From Azolla caroliniana (Eukaryota > Plantae > Polypodiophyta): 64,000 nt of DNA. The stretch is from positions 34,162,001 through 34,226,000 of the forward strand of contig JBHGNT010000001.1 in assembly GCA_043228905.1 (NCBI GenBank), given 5' to 3'. Positions 40,701 to 54,454 of the stretch are shown here, in pieces (position 1 is the first letter of the stretch; each line of letters begins with the position of its first letter). Under the pieces are notes generated by a model. It made no database searches. It was not told where the DNA came from and saw nothing but the letters and a program-made list of their open reading frames with translations. Made by a program: the position numbers and the translations under genes.

Positions 40701-42442
40701 ACTTTATGGGGCCAACAAGGCCATTCATATACCATCCGTACAGAGGACACTGGTTTTTATTTGCAATGTGAAGGTGTTGTCAAAGATGTTTTTGGCAGAT
40801 CTTCTATCCCTGTTTCAGTTATCTCACCAATAGTTGAACCAGGCAAGCTGTGATCCCAGTTTCTTTGCTTTTATGATTTAGAAAAACAGGCCTATATAAC
40901 TCTAGAAACTGATATAATAGCATCCAAACCGATAACTGCAGTATCTCGCAAGTAGTGGCCTTGTCACTAGCATGTTACTGTTTTTGTGCTTTCCTGAATA
41001 TGCTTTAGTTTGAAGAGCTTGTTGATTACTTTAAAATGCTTCCATATTTGTGTATTAGGGATGCCAAAGGTCAGTAAACTAGAAATTGAAGGCCAAGGTT
41101 ACCACACAAACATGTATGCAATCCGAGGGATTTACAGTGGGGGCATAGAAGGTGAAAGTGTTATTCAGTGGTTCCGAGCACTGGCACGAGTTCCTGACCT
41201 TATTCCAATTTTTGGTAAGAGCCTCATGTTTATATTTGTGGATGATGTCCTCAATACATAACTGCTTTGTTTGCTATTCTTTTTTCTAGCTGTGTCTGCT
41301 ATAGATAGATACCATATCTGGCTTTGATGTATCGTAACATCAGAAGGATGTTTTGAACGATATAAGTTATGGCCAAGGATATCCAATTGAAAGAAAAAAT
41401 CCATTACTCCAGTTTGTTTGATGGGTTTTTCTTCAATGAAGTTGTCTTTCTGCAATTAGAACAAGGGGATTCTATCTCACATTATTTATGGTTGCTCATT
41501 AACAGGGAAAAAGGGGCATATGTATGAAGCAACAATCGAGGACATTGGCTACCGACTTGTTGCAGTTTATACTCCTGTCAGAGAAGATGGCATGGAAGGT
41601 GATCCTGTTTCAGCTTCAATTGGTCCCATTGCAGTTGGTGTGCTACATACACCTTTCCCTCTCTATTCTTGAACTTCAGTTTATTGAGGCTTGAATCTTG
41701 TTTCCAATTTTTCCCTCTTGACATTTGGATGTTGTTTAATATATTCAGAGCCTTCCATTGGTGAAGAAGTAAAGCAAAGGGTGGAGTTGGGTTTTCTGAG
41801 GTTTACGGTGAGCTGTGGGTTGAGGAATTATTCAGTCCTATAATGGATACTAGTCATATCTGAAACCTACTCACACGTGTTTTTCAGGCTTTGGTGGATA
41901 GACATCGTTCAACAACAGCAATGGTAAGAAAACCATGTCTTTCTTTTTAAGTATTTTAACAACCAGTTCTGTGAGACTTTTTAAGGTATTTGTTAAGCTC
42001 ACACGTATAGAGAGCACATTCTTTGAAGCAGAATAAGGATTCAAGTCAAACAATGTTCGGGAAATGTATGATCGATGTCAATAGGTTGAGAATCCAGGTC
42101 ATGAACCATGGTTCAAAAGCTTCCCCTGTTTCCGAAGCAGCAGCATTTTCAGCTCCTTTTTATGTGAGATTAGTGAAATTTCTTTTCATTGATGCAAATA
42201 AATCTTAAACTAAAACTGAACTCTTAACTAAATATTTCAAACAAATAAAAAAGTAATTTTTTAAGAAATATTTATTGAGGAAGGTGTGGTTTCCCCCTTG
42301 ATAGGCTGAAGCAGATAGGCTGGATGATTTTCATCTTAAAATTGGAGCAGAGAGTAAACATGAGTTGAATTTGATGGTGCAAACGAGACATCTTAGAGAT
42401 ATTATAGTGCTTGTCATCAAGCAATTTAGCAAAAAAATGTAA
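25762..42442 (+). CDS. AIR9: AIR9-like microtubule-associated protein (long N-terminal region, LRR domain, multiple A9/Ig-like repeats, C-terminal domain); >35 exons
   Basis: LRR exons RLDLRGQKV, FVYLRENKL, VLDLSLNEFKG, QLYLAGNQ, VLAASKNKISTFEGFPHLPSLEHLRLEENP; RYPPHTGLCIRDGWE; repeated A9 units Y.GG.EG.S..QW...Y....EDVG......YTPVR.DG..G; C-terminal VQTRHLRDIIVLVI; stop TAA at 42440-42442. Confidence 0.92.
31661..32765 (-). mobile_element. 3' LTR (~1.1 kb) plus polypurine tract of a truncated LTR retrotransposon in an AIR9 intron
   Basis: TGTT...AACA termini at 31661 and 32755. On the minus strand a PPT (aaggtgggga, 32756-32765) directly precedes TG; TATA-like ggtataaaa at ~32410; internal ~160-bp tandem duplication at 31928-32193. 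Confidence 0.65.
33130..34027 (+). mobile_element. LINE 3' fragment (copy C): decayed zf-RVT region through the 3' stem-loop and (TTTC) tail
   Basis: Degenerate ..EKVF..LI...PIG...C..CG..E....WEC pattern at ~33140-33285; ends gtcttataggccatcttggcctctttaaagacgtcaatatatctttttctttc. Confidence 0.65.
35165..36450 (-). mobile_element. Retroelement 3' fragment (copy D) of the same family in an AIR9 intron
   Basis: The minus strand ends ggtcttctaggccattttggcctcttaaaagacgttaatatttctttctttctttc; decayed minus-strand ORF pieces lie upstream. The 5' boundary is approximate. Confidence 0.6.
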
Positions 42443-42546
42443 ATTGTGAAGGACTTAATAATTGATTATGTGGGCACTCTAGCCATTCTGTGTACATATC
42501 ATTTATAATTTTAGTGAATTGACTGTGTTTTTTACAATATCTTTTG

Positions 42547-42750
42547 TTGATTCTTATGCACACATCTGTGATGCCTTTTGCATCCATTCATTCAGCCATG
42601 AGAACAAGAAATGAAAGAGCGCATAGTTGTTCATCATTGGAGATAAGGACAATACAAGACATCATTGCAAGGTTTTGATTTGCATAAAATCTTTCATTGA
42701 TTCTTATGTGAACATCTATGATGCCCCTTGCATGCATTCATTCAGCCATG
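42547..42750. repeat. ~55-bp direct repeat x2 downstream of AIR9
   Basis: ttgattcttatg..acatct.tgatgcc..ttgcat.cattcattcagccatg at ~42547 and ~42697. Confidence 0.8.
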
Positions 42751-45259
42751 GGAAGGATAATACAACAAAGAGACTTAAGAACGTGAATAATGGAGAATTG
42801 GCACTCATCATTTTTCTTCAATCTTCTCCTAATACCTGACCCTGAATCTCGGTATAACAAAAACAGACATATCCAAAGCTTTGATATCGTGCAATGGGGC
42901 TAAATAATTATCGCTGGGAGCTATATGTATCAAAATCTTGAAGAATATCTCTTGGTCTTAGAGATGATTGGCCATTCAAAACATCACTAATATAACTTCA
43001 TCCACTTTATGCTATTTTATATGCAAGTGCAACTCATCTTGACAATGTAACCTAACATGGTAAGTTGCGCGATCCACGTCTTTGAAATGTGACATTTTAA
43101 TTGGTTAGATCTATGCTAACGATTCCCTTTTTACACCCTTGTTCTTCGAGTGTTGAACCAGTGGCATTTGACTGGACCAATAATACAATCAAACCATTTG
43201 GTAAGAAATGTCAGATACCCTTTTATGTGGAATGCATCTATCGAAGGAACATTGCAAACTAGAAGGTATTCACATGGCCTTTGCATGTAAAATGTAGGAT
43301 AGAATAATATATGCTTAATTCTTATTTTTAAAGTTGTCATTCCATTTATTGCATGGTTGCGTAACCATATCGATAACTTCATATAAGAAATACTTGAAAA
43401 ACTTTTGGCCTGTACTTTGAGCAAATTGTGGAATAATAAGAGGACAATTCTGAAGACTGTCCTCAAGAAAGGTTGCCCAATTTCCCAAGTTGCCTTCTTG
43501 AAAAGATGCACATGAGGATGCAAGCATTTAAGTCGGTGGTTGTTTTTTAATATCAAAGTCAAGGATTAAAGTGTTGAGATTAGTGGCTAGTATACGTAGA
43601 TGTATGTATGCATCTGAATACACCCACACCCTTGTACATTGAACCCCATTGATATTAAGTTTGATAGCTCTTTTGAGTTGTGTATGCTTCAAAACCTCGG
43701 AATACTATTGTTAAGGTGGATGCATATGAGTTTGGTGAGTTGTACAAGGGTTTGGCATGATTGGCAAAAACTTGGTTCTTCTCTCACTTACATGGGATCT
43801 CATTGACATAAAATGGCCAACATTTAATTTTATGTATATTGAGGTGATGTGGTGTGACCCTAGAATATCATCACTAATTAGCAATGTGAATACATTTATC
43901 TCTTTCGATTATTTGAGTTACATTGCCAAATAGTAGGCTATGTTTATTAACAAGGTCGATGGTTTATACATCTTTGATCAAATATTTCCCTCATTTGTCA
44001 CATGGCTTCCCTAGTGGGTTCACTGAGATCTAGCATTTCCTCTTGGCCCCTTGATTTTAACTTTGAGAAACCCTTCAATAGTTTACCTTTTAAAAGAGCT
44101 TTATGTAGACTTGGTAGACCTAGTAAATTATATGCAACCAATTTGTTAGTGAAGTTGATTACTTCATCTATGAGAAGGGGATCTTAGATTTTTCAAATAA
44201 AATAACCAAATAGGACACTTGGTTGTTCATTGCTCCCCTGTGAAATAAAACTTATGGTTGAGTGCCCTCGTTTGTTTCTTTCTCTGGCGGAATTGCTAAT
44301 CGGGGGAAAACACCAAAAACATGACATGTTGATCCGAAGTCTACCAATAATTCAAAGACTCTTAAATTGTCTTCAAGCTCTCTACTATCTACTATTATCT
44401 TTTTTAAGTACCTCGACATCATTCTTTAAATTTCTAACCACAACATGCTCAAAGGTCACTAATAAATTGACATCATGCATGGTGAGGCTGAAAAGGAGAG
44501 GTGGAAAGGTAGATAACATGAAAAGAAATGGTAATTTGGGCAAGTGGGGACCTTTTTATACCAAAAGTCATGAGTAAAATAGAATTTTACAAGAAATTCA
44601 TGTGCACGAGGTGGTCCTATGATCTCCATGGGATAGGATCTTTGGCTTTAGCAAATAAAAATAAGCAGCCAGGATGGATAGTCGCCCACCCCCAACCCTT
44701 TATTCCTAGGCACGCTCGGTGTATTCTTCTTTCACGAAATGCCTAGCTGATCTACGAAAGAAATGCCTTACTGATCCGAGTATTTTCGAAACTGACCAAG
44801 GAAAATGAAGTGTTCTACCTTGCTCCAGACCATGCAATGTGCTCAAATGCTACATCCATAGTCTCAAAAGGTCCCCAATCGGCGAGTCCAAACTTTGTGT
44901 GTGGCTGACTGAACATTGATCACATTTATATTCTGAATCTGCAATCCAACACGATCGATAAGGCAAAATGTTATCTCGACGATCGGGTGATAAGAGAAGG
45001 AGATTTGTTATCTCGGACGATCGGAGTGGAGAGTAAATAAATACCTCTATGTTTTTGTTTTTTTTTTTACTCTCTCCCCTTCTCCTCCTTCAAGGTAGAA
45101 AACAAGTTCTGTGCTTTTTTTTTTGGGTTTTCTCTAAAGCAAGTAAGAAGAGTATCTTTCTTTCCTAAGGATTGACTGATTCCTTAGCTACTTCTTCTTC
45201 TTCTTATCATTATTTTTATTATTACCTCCTTTTTTTAGGGTTTGAGATAAAGATGAGAT

Positions 45260-45267
45260 TCTCTCTC

Positions 45268-45301
<34 letters not shown>
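45260..45301. repeat. (CT)n tract in the trihelix gene leader
   Basis: Direct reading. Confidence 0.9.
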
Positions 45302-45303
<2 letters not shown>

Positions 45304-46259
45304 GAGGTGTGTGAAAACACAGACCACCTAAATCAATCAATCTATTCATCATCATCATCATCACCATCATCATTGCAATCATGGGCCTTCCTTCTACTAG
45401 TCTTTCATCTTTCCTTTTAGATTGGCTATGGTGACTTTAACTAATCTCTTACCACTCTGTTTCTTTATGACTGACTACTCTTTTCCACCCTCCTCCCCCT
45501 CACCTTTCCAAAATCCTAATCCCCCCCCCCCCCATTATGCCCTAACCCCTAATTATACACTTCTTGTTTAGGGTATCTAAATACTCGAACCCTAATTGTA
45601 CTCTGTTTCTTCAGAGTACTACTGAAAGCCCTCGTTCCCATCAATTATACCCAAATCCTTATTGTCATCCACTAGACTCTGTTTCCTCAAATTCGTACTC
45701 ACATTTAACCAAAATATCCTTCCATTGTACTAGATTTGTTTCTTCAGATCAGTACCCAAATGAATCCTAGTTTCTATCTATTACTATAGTACTCTGATCT
45801 CTTCACGAACCCTAATTCTAATCGATTATCCTCAGTTACTCAAGAGTGCCTAAACCCCTAGTTTCCAATATACCCTGTTTCTGCAGACTACCCACAACCC
45901 TAAATTCCAATATAGAAACTCTACTTTTTTCTGCGGCTAACCAAAACCCTAAATTCCGATAACTATACTCTATTTCTGTGTACTGTCAAAAACCCAAAAT
46001 TTTCAGAAATCGAAGTTCAAAATATTCAACCCTAATTATTGCTAGAAGCGGTTGATTTTCAGATTCAGCCCAACCAATATATATTGATGACTCAGGTACC
46101 TAATTCTAGTCCTAATCACACCACTAATTACAGCACAAATTACCGTGAATAGAATATAAATAAGTCCAATTCTCATTTGCAACAATACATTGAATAAATT
46201 ATCCTCTTAACTTCTCAGTTTTCTTTTGTTTTATTGCTGATCGATCAGGATTTGCAGGA

Positions 46260-48352
46260 ATGACCAGTCCTGGTGCTGAGCCAGAATTGGAAAACAATAC
46301 TGCTGCTACTGCTACGAGGGCAAATACTACTACTAATAATAGTAACAGTAGTAGCATTTTCCCAGATAGAGAAAGGTCAGGTTCCTCCTTGATGATCAAT
46401 CGATGGCCCAAACAGGAAACCCTGGCCCTTCTGAAGATTCGCCAAGACATGGATGGAATCTTCCGAGATTCGAATCTCAAACATCCACTTTGGGAAGAAG
46501 TATCCAGGTGAACAAACAAACAAAATAAATAAATGAATGAATATTAATTTGAAATGAAATGAAATTCCTTATATCATCATGGATGAAAAATCGTCAATGA
46601 ATTTGTTCGTGTTGTTTTCTTGCTCTGTTAAACGCCTGCATTTTTTTTAGGTTTTGCTTTATTATTATTATTATTATTATTATTTAACTTAATATTCTTG
46701 ATTAGATTTGAAAATTTGATCTAATTTGGAACTTGATGGATGGATTTGGTTTGTAATACTGCAGGAAGCTGGGGGAGCTGGGGTTCCAGAGGAGTGCCAA
46801 GAAATGCAAGGAGAAATTTGAGAATGTGAACAAATATTACAAGAGGACTTGCAAGTCAGAAGGATCAAAAGCTGCAGCAACCACCCCAGGAAAGCAAGAA
46901 GGGAAAAGCTATAGATTCTTCACTCAATTGGAAGCATTGCAAACACCCATCCACAGTAACAATGTTGGCACTAATGCTACCGATGCAACACCAAGTACTG
47001 AATCATTACCTGCTAATCCCATTCCTAATGATCGTAGTACTACTAATCATTATCTCCTTTCACACCCTGGTGGCACTGGTATTACTAGAGCTACCACAGA
47101 TGCAAGCCATCCTCATACTAGCCTCGAGATCTCTGAGTCCCATGAATCTTCCTCCGATCGGCCTGACGAAGAAGAAGATGAAGAAGACGAGGAGCTAGCC
47201 GATGATGAGATTAATGGCATTGGTGCTGGTGCTGGTGCTGGTGCAGGTGCAGGTGATGTAAACCCAGGTATTGGTGCCGGGGAAACTCCTGGTAATCTCG
47301 CGCCGAATCCTGACACCAAGTCTCGCTTCTCGAAGAAGCGGAAGAGGACGAGAATCTCGAAGATGGCCATCCTGTTCGAGGGCTTGTTGAAGAAAATCTT
47401 GGACAAACAAGAGCAAATGCAAATGAGATTGTTAGAAGCCCTAGAGAAGAGGGAGACGGACCGCATGATCCGAGAAGAGGCGTGGAGGGCACAAGAGATG
47501 GCTAGGATGAGCCGAGAGAACGATCTGAGGGCTCAGGAGCGAAGCTCGGCTGCAGATCGGGACACGGCCATCATTTCCTTCCTAGAGAAGGTAACCGGAC
47601 AAATAATAAACCTGCCCCATCCACAGAGCTCGTCTTTGGTTAGGTCAATCCCTAGCAGCAATGCACTCAATACAGCCCCTCTGGCTGCAGAGCCTGTGCA
47701 GAGTGCCCCTCCCTTGTCCACAATGCGGTCTGAACATACAACACTTGTCGATCCGAACTTGCGGCCCGAAACATACCGGGCAGAAGATCGTATGATTGAA
47801 CCATTTGATCCAAACAGCGGTAAAAGATGGGAAAAACCTGAAGTCCTTGCTCTCATCAAGCTCCATAGTGATGTGCATTCCAAATTCACTGCAAATGGCC
47901 CCAAAGCCCCCCTCTGGGAAGACATCTCCTCTGGCATGGCCAAATTGGGCTATCCCCACAGGAGTGCCAAAAGATGCAAGGAGAAATGGGAGAACATCAA
48001 TAAATACTTCAAGAAAGCTTGCAAGGAGCCGTCGAAGAAGAGGCCTCGGCCTGACAATGCCAAGACTTGCCCTTATTTCCATGAATTGAATGCTTTGTAT
48101 AAGAAAGGGATGTTGGGTAGCTCTAGTGCCCCCAGTGTGAAACCATCCCAAGGAGCCTATAATCCTTCATTGGAGCATATGCAAAATGTAGATGATGATG
48201 GTAGGGACAACGAGCCATCATCAAGCAGTGAAGAAGATCACGACGAAGAAGAGCATACAATTAATGGCGATGACTCAAAAGCGGGAGCTCATGTTATTAA
48301 ACCAGATAAACAGGAAACCATGGATGTTTCTAAGTACCCAATTAGCCAGTAA
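46260..48352 (+). CDS. Trihelix transcription factor, GT-2 clade (two trihelix domains plus central coiled coil). Exons 46260-46507 and 46765-48352
   Basis: NRWPKQETLALLKIR..MD..FRDS..K.PLWEEVSR|KLGELGFQRSAKKCKEKFENV; central FEGLLKKILDKQE...REEAWRAQEMAR...RDTAIISFL; second domain KRWEKPEVLALI...PLWEDIS..M..LGY.RSAKRCKEKWENINKYF..TCPYFHEL. Confidence 0.95.
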
Positions 48353-49949
48353 TCTGTTACAGCAATCCATTTGAATCTTACCCGAAATCCACACATTATG
48401 TCTTCTCATTGGGTTTAACAATCGGTTTACATTCCTCTAATATCCTTGGAGCTAGATCTGCAATATCATTACTTACTGTATGTACTATATTGAACAATTG
48501 TGTACAAGTATATTCTACAACCCTTGATGAGCATCATCAGTACCAAATTTTCCATCCAACTCAAATGTTCCTTTTACCTCCACATTATCCTATTCTTTAT
48601 CCTTCTTACATATCCACAAATTCTTTTACATTTTTGCCTCTAATTGGCCACTTCTTATGTATGAAGTCAAATCATGTATACCAATCATTGGATTGATTAT
48701 CATTATTGAGATGTCAACAGCTTGGTTTATGATGAGATTACCCAAGAATTATTTAATTCAGAATCATGCGTATGTGCACTGTGTAGCATTATAATGTATG
48801 TTTTGGGCTGAAATGCATTCTCGGCACAAACACATACAGTAGGTACTTTGAGAGATTCGGGACTTATATGTTGTTCCTACTGTATTCAGCCAAGAATTAA
48901 GGTCATCAACCGATTCATCACTTTGGTCGTGCCAGAACATTCATGATGCTCATATATTGGTAGGTACTAAACTCTGTTATGCCCACGGTTGAGAATTAGA
49001 ATCTTTGTGCAGGCTTTATTACAAATACAAAAGCTTTGCTCACATAATCACGTTATAGTCCAAAGGTTCTGCTGGCAGGCAGAATCACAGTAAAAAAAGG
49101 GGACAATGGGGAGGGACCAAGTCCCAGATCCAGACCCAGGGGATTGTTGATAAAGCTGTGGTTGGGTTGTTAATAAAGTAGCAAGGAGGTCGGCATCGCT
49201 AAAGTTACTTGCTACCAACACCATTAACTGTTCACCACATTGTATGTTCTACATGGCCATTAAAGGAATCAATCATTTGTCTCGTACATGGATCTAATCC
49301 ATTGCCAGTGTAATTTGGGCATGCACATGTGGGGAGGGGGTGGAATTCAATACACACATCTGCCTTAGTAATTAATGTGGACCATATGTAAGGATTTGAT
49401 ATAAGATGCCATGATTACAATAATACCTTGCAGCTCTCTTTTTATGCCCAATTGGACAGACAATCATTGCATTCTTGAAGCATTGTTTCTTCATCCAACC
49501 CCTCAGCAGATGGGTTACTATGTACTGTTCACTACCTTTTCCCTTTAATATGTGTGTGTGTGTGTGTGTGTATATATATAGACTATAGTATATACACATA
49601 TCCTTGTCTCAGACTTCATGTAGTGCATTGAAAGCCTACAAATCACTTCACATACAACTTGCAAGCAATGTTTTAACAACTCAAATCACTGCCTTAGCTA
49701 CCAAAGTGGAATGCCGGAATGCGCGATCCTTCACAAGAGGCCCAAGTTCGTGCAAGAAACGTAACGGCTCTCTAAAAACCGATTAAAAGGACTGAAAAGA
49801 GCAATGACTTAGAGTTGCAGAAGGGGTGGGTCAGAAGAATCGAGTAAGAAGCTCTAGAATTTGAATATTTTACCAAAGCCTAGAGATCTTGCAATCCGCA
49901 CAATGTTCCGGATTTGCTTTCATGAATGCAACCCATGAGATGAGCTCGT

Positions 49950-51900
49950 CGTTCAGAATACTGTTTTCGGCATAGTATGAAAATGGTGTCTCTTCCTTGA
50001 GAACAACAAACCAAAATAAATGTAACCAAGTAAAAATAGAAGTGACTAAAGAATCTCATTATCTATACATACATGAAAGATTCTCAAATTAGATAGATTG
50101 TAATTTCTATCTTTGAAGGATCTTTAGCATAGGTTGATCCAAAATAGATAGATCTTTGAAGCGAGGGAAGCACCTATGATGATGATAGATAATCGCCTTA
50201 ATATTTCGATGACAAGGATGCCAGTGCACGTACATGGCAAATTGTTATTGCCCGATTTGTTGTAACCCCTTTGAAATATCCTTGTCTAGAACCCCTTTGG
50301 TAGAGCTTTTGACTTGTAGCATTAGGAGTGATGGGGTTAAAGAAAGTTTTGATTGTTCTTTGTGATGCACTTTGCGATTGTAGTTATCAACTTCTTCTTG
50401 TGTCTCTTTAGTTCTAGCAAGACTATTCTGAAGCCATGTTGGTCCTCCTATTTCATTACCTTGTGCAATGGGCCAAATCCCGGTTAAAGAGGCAATGGTA
50501 TCTCCTTATTTTAGAAAAAATAGTACACTAGCAAACATAGTGCTCTTCAAATTCCACTCCGAGATGACACAATTGGCAAATTCTTTCTTCCAAAGGTGTG
50601 CATGCATATCGCTATCTATCTCAATGTTGAACTAATGTGAAAAGGTTCAAAGTTGCCCATCACACCATGTAGCGCATGTGATAGATATATATCCATAAAA
50701 GAGGGCCTATTGATGAATCCATAATCTAATGTTTCTAAAAAGTGTGTTCTATAATGGGCCATTTTCCCATCAAGAAATGTTGTGGGGCTTATCCATGTCC
50801 TTTAGATATCCAATTTGATAATATCAATTCAAATCACGCAATTCTTTTCCACTTTGGTCATGTTCAAATGGGGATAGTCCAAGCTACGTTGGAATGGGAG
50901 CAATGTTGCTTATGTCATGTGACCTTGAGTCATAGCATACCAACATGATCATCTCTATGTTAACAAGTTTTTTTATGCCATATTGATGAATCCATAATCT
51001 AATAAGTCTAAAAAGTGGGTTATTTTCTCATCAAGAAATGTTTTGGGGCTTATCTATATCCTTCATATATCCAATTTGATAATATCAATTTAGATCACTC
51101 TATTCTTTTCCACTTTGGTTATGTTTAAATGGGGACAATCCAAGCTATATTGCATGGGAGCAATATTGCTTGCGTCATGTGACTCGAGTCATAGCATTAT
51201 GCTCATCTTTGAGTTAACAAGTTTTTTTTATGACATAAGTGCAAACCTTGAGTATCGTTATCTAGGGGGTGAGCCTTGTCCTTGTAGAATTTAGGGGGTT
51301 GTACACATGAACTTTTGGTTACTTTCTAACAATATCATGAACATTTGCACATCCATCTCATTTGAATTATCAATACAATGAGCATGTTGGTCACCTTGGA
51401 ATCGGGAAAGGGGGATTACGATGCATTTGAAGAAAAAAGAAGACTTGACTTTCATCATCTATTAGAGGCCAAATCACCTTATGGGACAAGACAAATATAG
51501 CAAAGTGGATGTTTTCCACTATTCCACATAATACAAAATAGCAAAAGAAGAAAATTAGCATGGAATGTCGAATGGATTGTAACAATTTCTAAATCTAGTA
51601 CAATGATGGAATGTAACTAATAAATAGGCTAACTTTGACCTGTAGTATTCATACAGTGTAGAATAGTTTGTGTGGTGCAAACATGTGCAAGATAAGCGAA
51701 ATCAATTGTCGGGTTCTCAAGAGATACTTCTTTGAGAATTAGGCACGATACTAATGCTTCTCTATGTGGTTGAATATATGGGATGATAGCATCTTTAGAG
51801 TTCACTTTAAAAGAGATTGTAAATCTCCAAAAACTTTTTCTCATAGAGTTTCTCCCAAGTCAAGCTTCAAACACTAGAGATGCTATTACTTCTTAATACT
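49950..51900 (-). mobile_element. Degenerate LINE reverse-transcriptase remnant containing a 273-bp tandem duplication (50708-51235)
   Basis: The minus strand has a decayed IIKLDI..K..DK (KLDxxKAYD motif) at ~50785-50825 and RGSRQG (RGVRQG motif) at ~50280-50297. Duplicated units start at 50708 and 50981. Confidence 0.55.
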
Positions 51901-52449
51901 AGATCAATTCACCTCAAGATCATATGCATGAGCAAAGATTAAAAAAAACCCTCGTATTGCGTTTGAAGAATTGCATGATTAGTAAAAAAATGTTCAAAAG
52001 ACAAAGAAACAAATATCAAGTTTTCAATGGATGTGAGATATGAAAGAATGGTTTGGAAGATGGATGGATACATGTGATGCTTACTTCATTTTGATGCCTC
52101 AATATATGCAAATTGGATATGGATTTGTTGCAAATCGAATGCATCATGGCTTGGGAGACAAACAAAGGCTCATCCTTATATCACATAAATTATACAACAC
52201 TAAAAAACCATATTAAGCGTATCTAAGCATGTCTATTGTGCACATTCATCAACCAATCATACATCCTAAGAGTTATCCCCTAGTTGTACACAATTTGCCT
52301 TGCATCCTTTCCATACAACTTACTTCCATGCAGGTTTTCTACCCGAACAAGTTTGCATCCTCTTAATCATAATAATGCCAAGGGGTTTCGTTCTCACAAG
52401 CATAATGTGTGCTCATAATAGATTAATTAATTAAAACTAGTAGAGTAAA

Positions 52450-52983
52450 GCCGCTTGTTGCAATTATGCCAGGTGCAAGGTTCAATCAAGTGGGGAAATA
52501 TATGTTGGCTATCATGGCAGGCTACAATTGGCTGATACGAGCATCAGGAGGAGGGGATGACTTTAGTGATAAAAGCACAAGAGGTTCTTTTCTCCTCGAG
52601 CAGCAATGTCCACTCTATTCCTCTTAATGCCAAATCTCAAGAGGTGTTGGAATTGGTCAGCCCAATAACCCTTTGGATTCTATGGAAACAACGATGTAGG
52701 CGAGTCTTCTCTAACCAAACCGCACATCCAACAAGGTTACTGCAAGAGATATGGAGTGAAATTGTAGCCACTCTGAAGAACCAATATGATGGCCTTAAGG
52801 GCGGCTCCGAAGGAGTTGAAAGACAACGCATAGCCTTCATCCAACAATGGTCGTCCTCTCCCTTTCTTGAGTCAGTGGGCATTCACATAAGATGGAACTA
52901 TCGCGTCCCTTTAGGGATTTGTACATAATCGTCTCATTTGTAAAATTTTATAACTAATGGAAGGAGTTTTTTTTGGAAAAAAA
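52450..52983 (+). mobile_element. 5'-truncated L1-type LINE insertion with poly(A) tail and 17-bp TSD
   Basis: TSD aaaactagtagagtaaa at 52433-52449 and 52984-53000; A-run 52977-52987; ORF2 C-terminal motif LWILWKQRCRRVF...IW in ORF 52557-52928. Confidence 0.88.
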
Positions 52984-54454
52984 AAAACTAGTAGAGTAAA
53001 AAGGTAAGCGCTAATTCTCTTTCTACTTTTGAGTAAAAGGAATTTTTATTTATTTTGTGTGTTACTTCTTCCTTTCTACTAGGTGTATACACTAATATTT
53101 CCTTAATTATGTTTAAATGAAACTAATGCCAATAACCTTGGTATTATCTCAAATCTCCATAAAAAAGAATAAACTTGAACCTCAATACATGCATTGTTTT
53201 ACAAACTCATACCAATCTCTAACTTTCTCTACCCCTAACTTGCCTAATTGAATTGACACTAAAATCCCTACCCCCTAATTTAGTGATTGCTCAAATTTCT
53301 TGAATATCAGTGAATCATGGCAGAGTGCAGCAACAAATTTCAACACCTTTTACAAAGTCCTATCTTTGGTCTTAGGATTATTGTATATTATTGTACATGA
53401 AAAATTGTAAGTTTTTGGGCAGACAAGCTTAAGTTGTAGCATTCAAATGTTTTTTTCTTAATACTACTAAGGAAAATCTTTGAAGAGAAAAAAATATATA
53501 AATTTACTGATTGCTCTAGTAATGAGAACAAAACTTACACTATGCATGTTTAGACAATGAGTACAAAAAGTAAGCTTGGCTAATCACTAAAATCAAATTA
53601 TCAGCATGACAGTCGGCTATTTTATCAAAGACGAAGACATGGTGGTGATTGAATTAAATGCAATCATCAAAGGTAATGTATGGGAGGGATTATGGGGACC
53701 AATGTTTACGAAATTTCAACCTCCAGTAAAAAAATGTAATCACTCACCCAATATGGTCAATTTAAGTCTCAATGTACACATTTTGTCTATTGGAAGGAGA
53801 ATACTTACCATAAAATTGAGAAAATGACACATTTAAAGAGAGAACCTCCATGAATATGACATTTTTCTTTATTGGATATCTCTAAACTTTACCAAAATGT
53901 TTTCGTGTACACCAAGGAGTGCAACACTCAAACGTTATACCTTGGTCAATTGCCCTATATATTTGATTGCTCCATGTTCAACGGGAGTACGAGATTTTCT
54001 TTATTGAACACCTATAAACTTTACGAATACGTTTTGTTAACTCCATGTATTCTCATTTGAAATAACTTTTCACAAAAGATAGCATCATCTTCCAATTTGG
54101 GGGTTTGTTTTAATTAATTCTTATGAACAAAAATATAGTTTTGGCATAATTTTCAGAGGTTGAAAAGTTTGTTTGTCGTGAAATTGCAAGACCAACATCT
54201 TATCAATTAAATCATGTCATTAGAGCAATGACAAAAAGCGTATTTTCCATGTTCTACTTTTTGTTGTTGCTATCCGAGGGTATGCTTTTCATATGTTTTT
54301 CTAGCTGGGCAGATGCAAGCTGAGCTACTTCCACCTACCATCAAAATAACAATGAGATGTATAGTGATGAAGCCTCTTTTTATTTTCTTTAGCTTCATAA
54401 TAAAATTATATGCTAAATAAGGTCATTCCAACATAAAATTCATGTGGCAATGTC

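Noticed and set aside
43131-43562. Minus-strand ORFs of 143 and 70 aa
   Set aside because: No recognisable family; probably a TE relic.
47113-48151. Several minus-strand ORFs
   Set aside because: Shadow frames of the trihelix coding exon.
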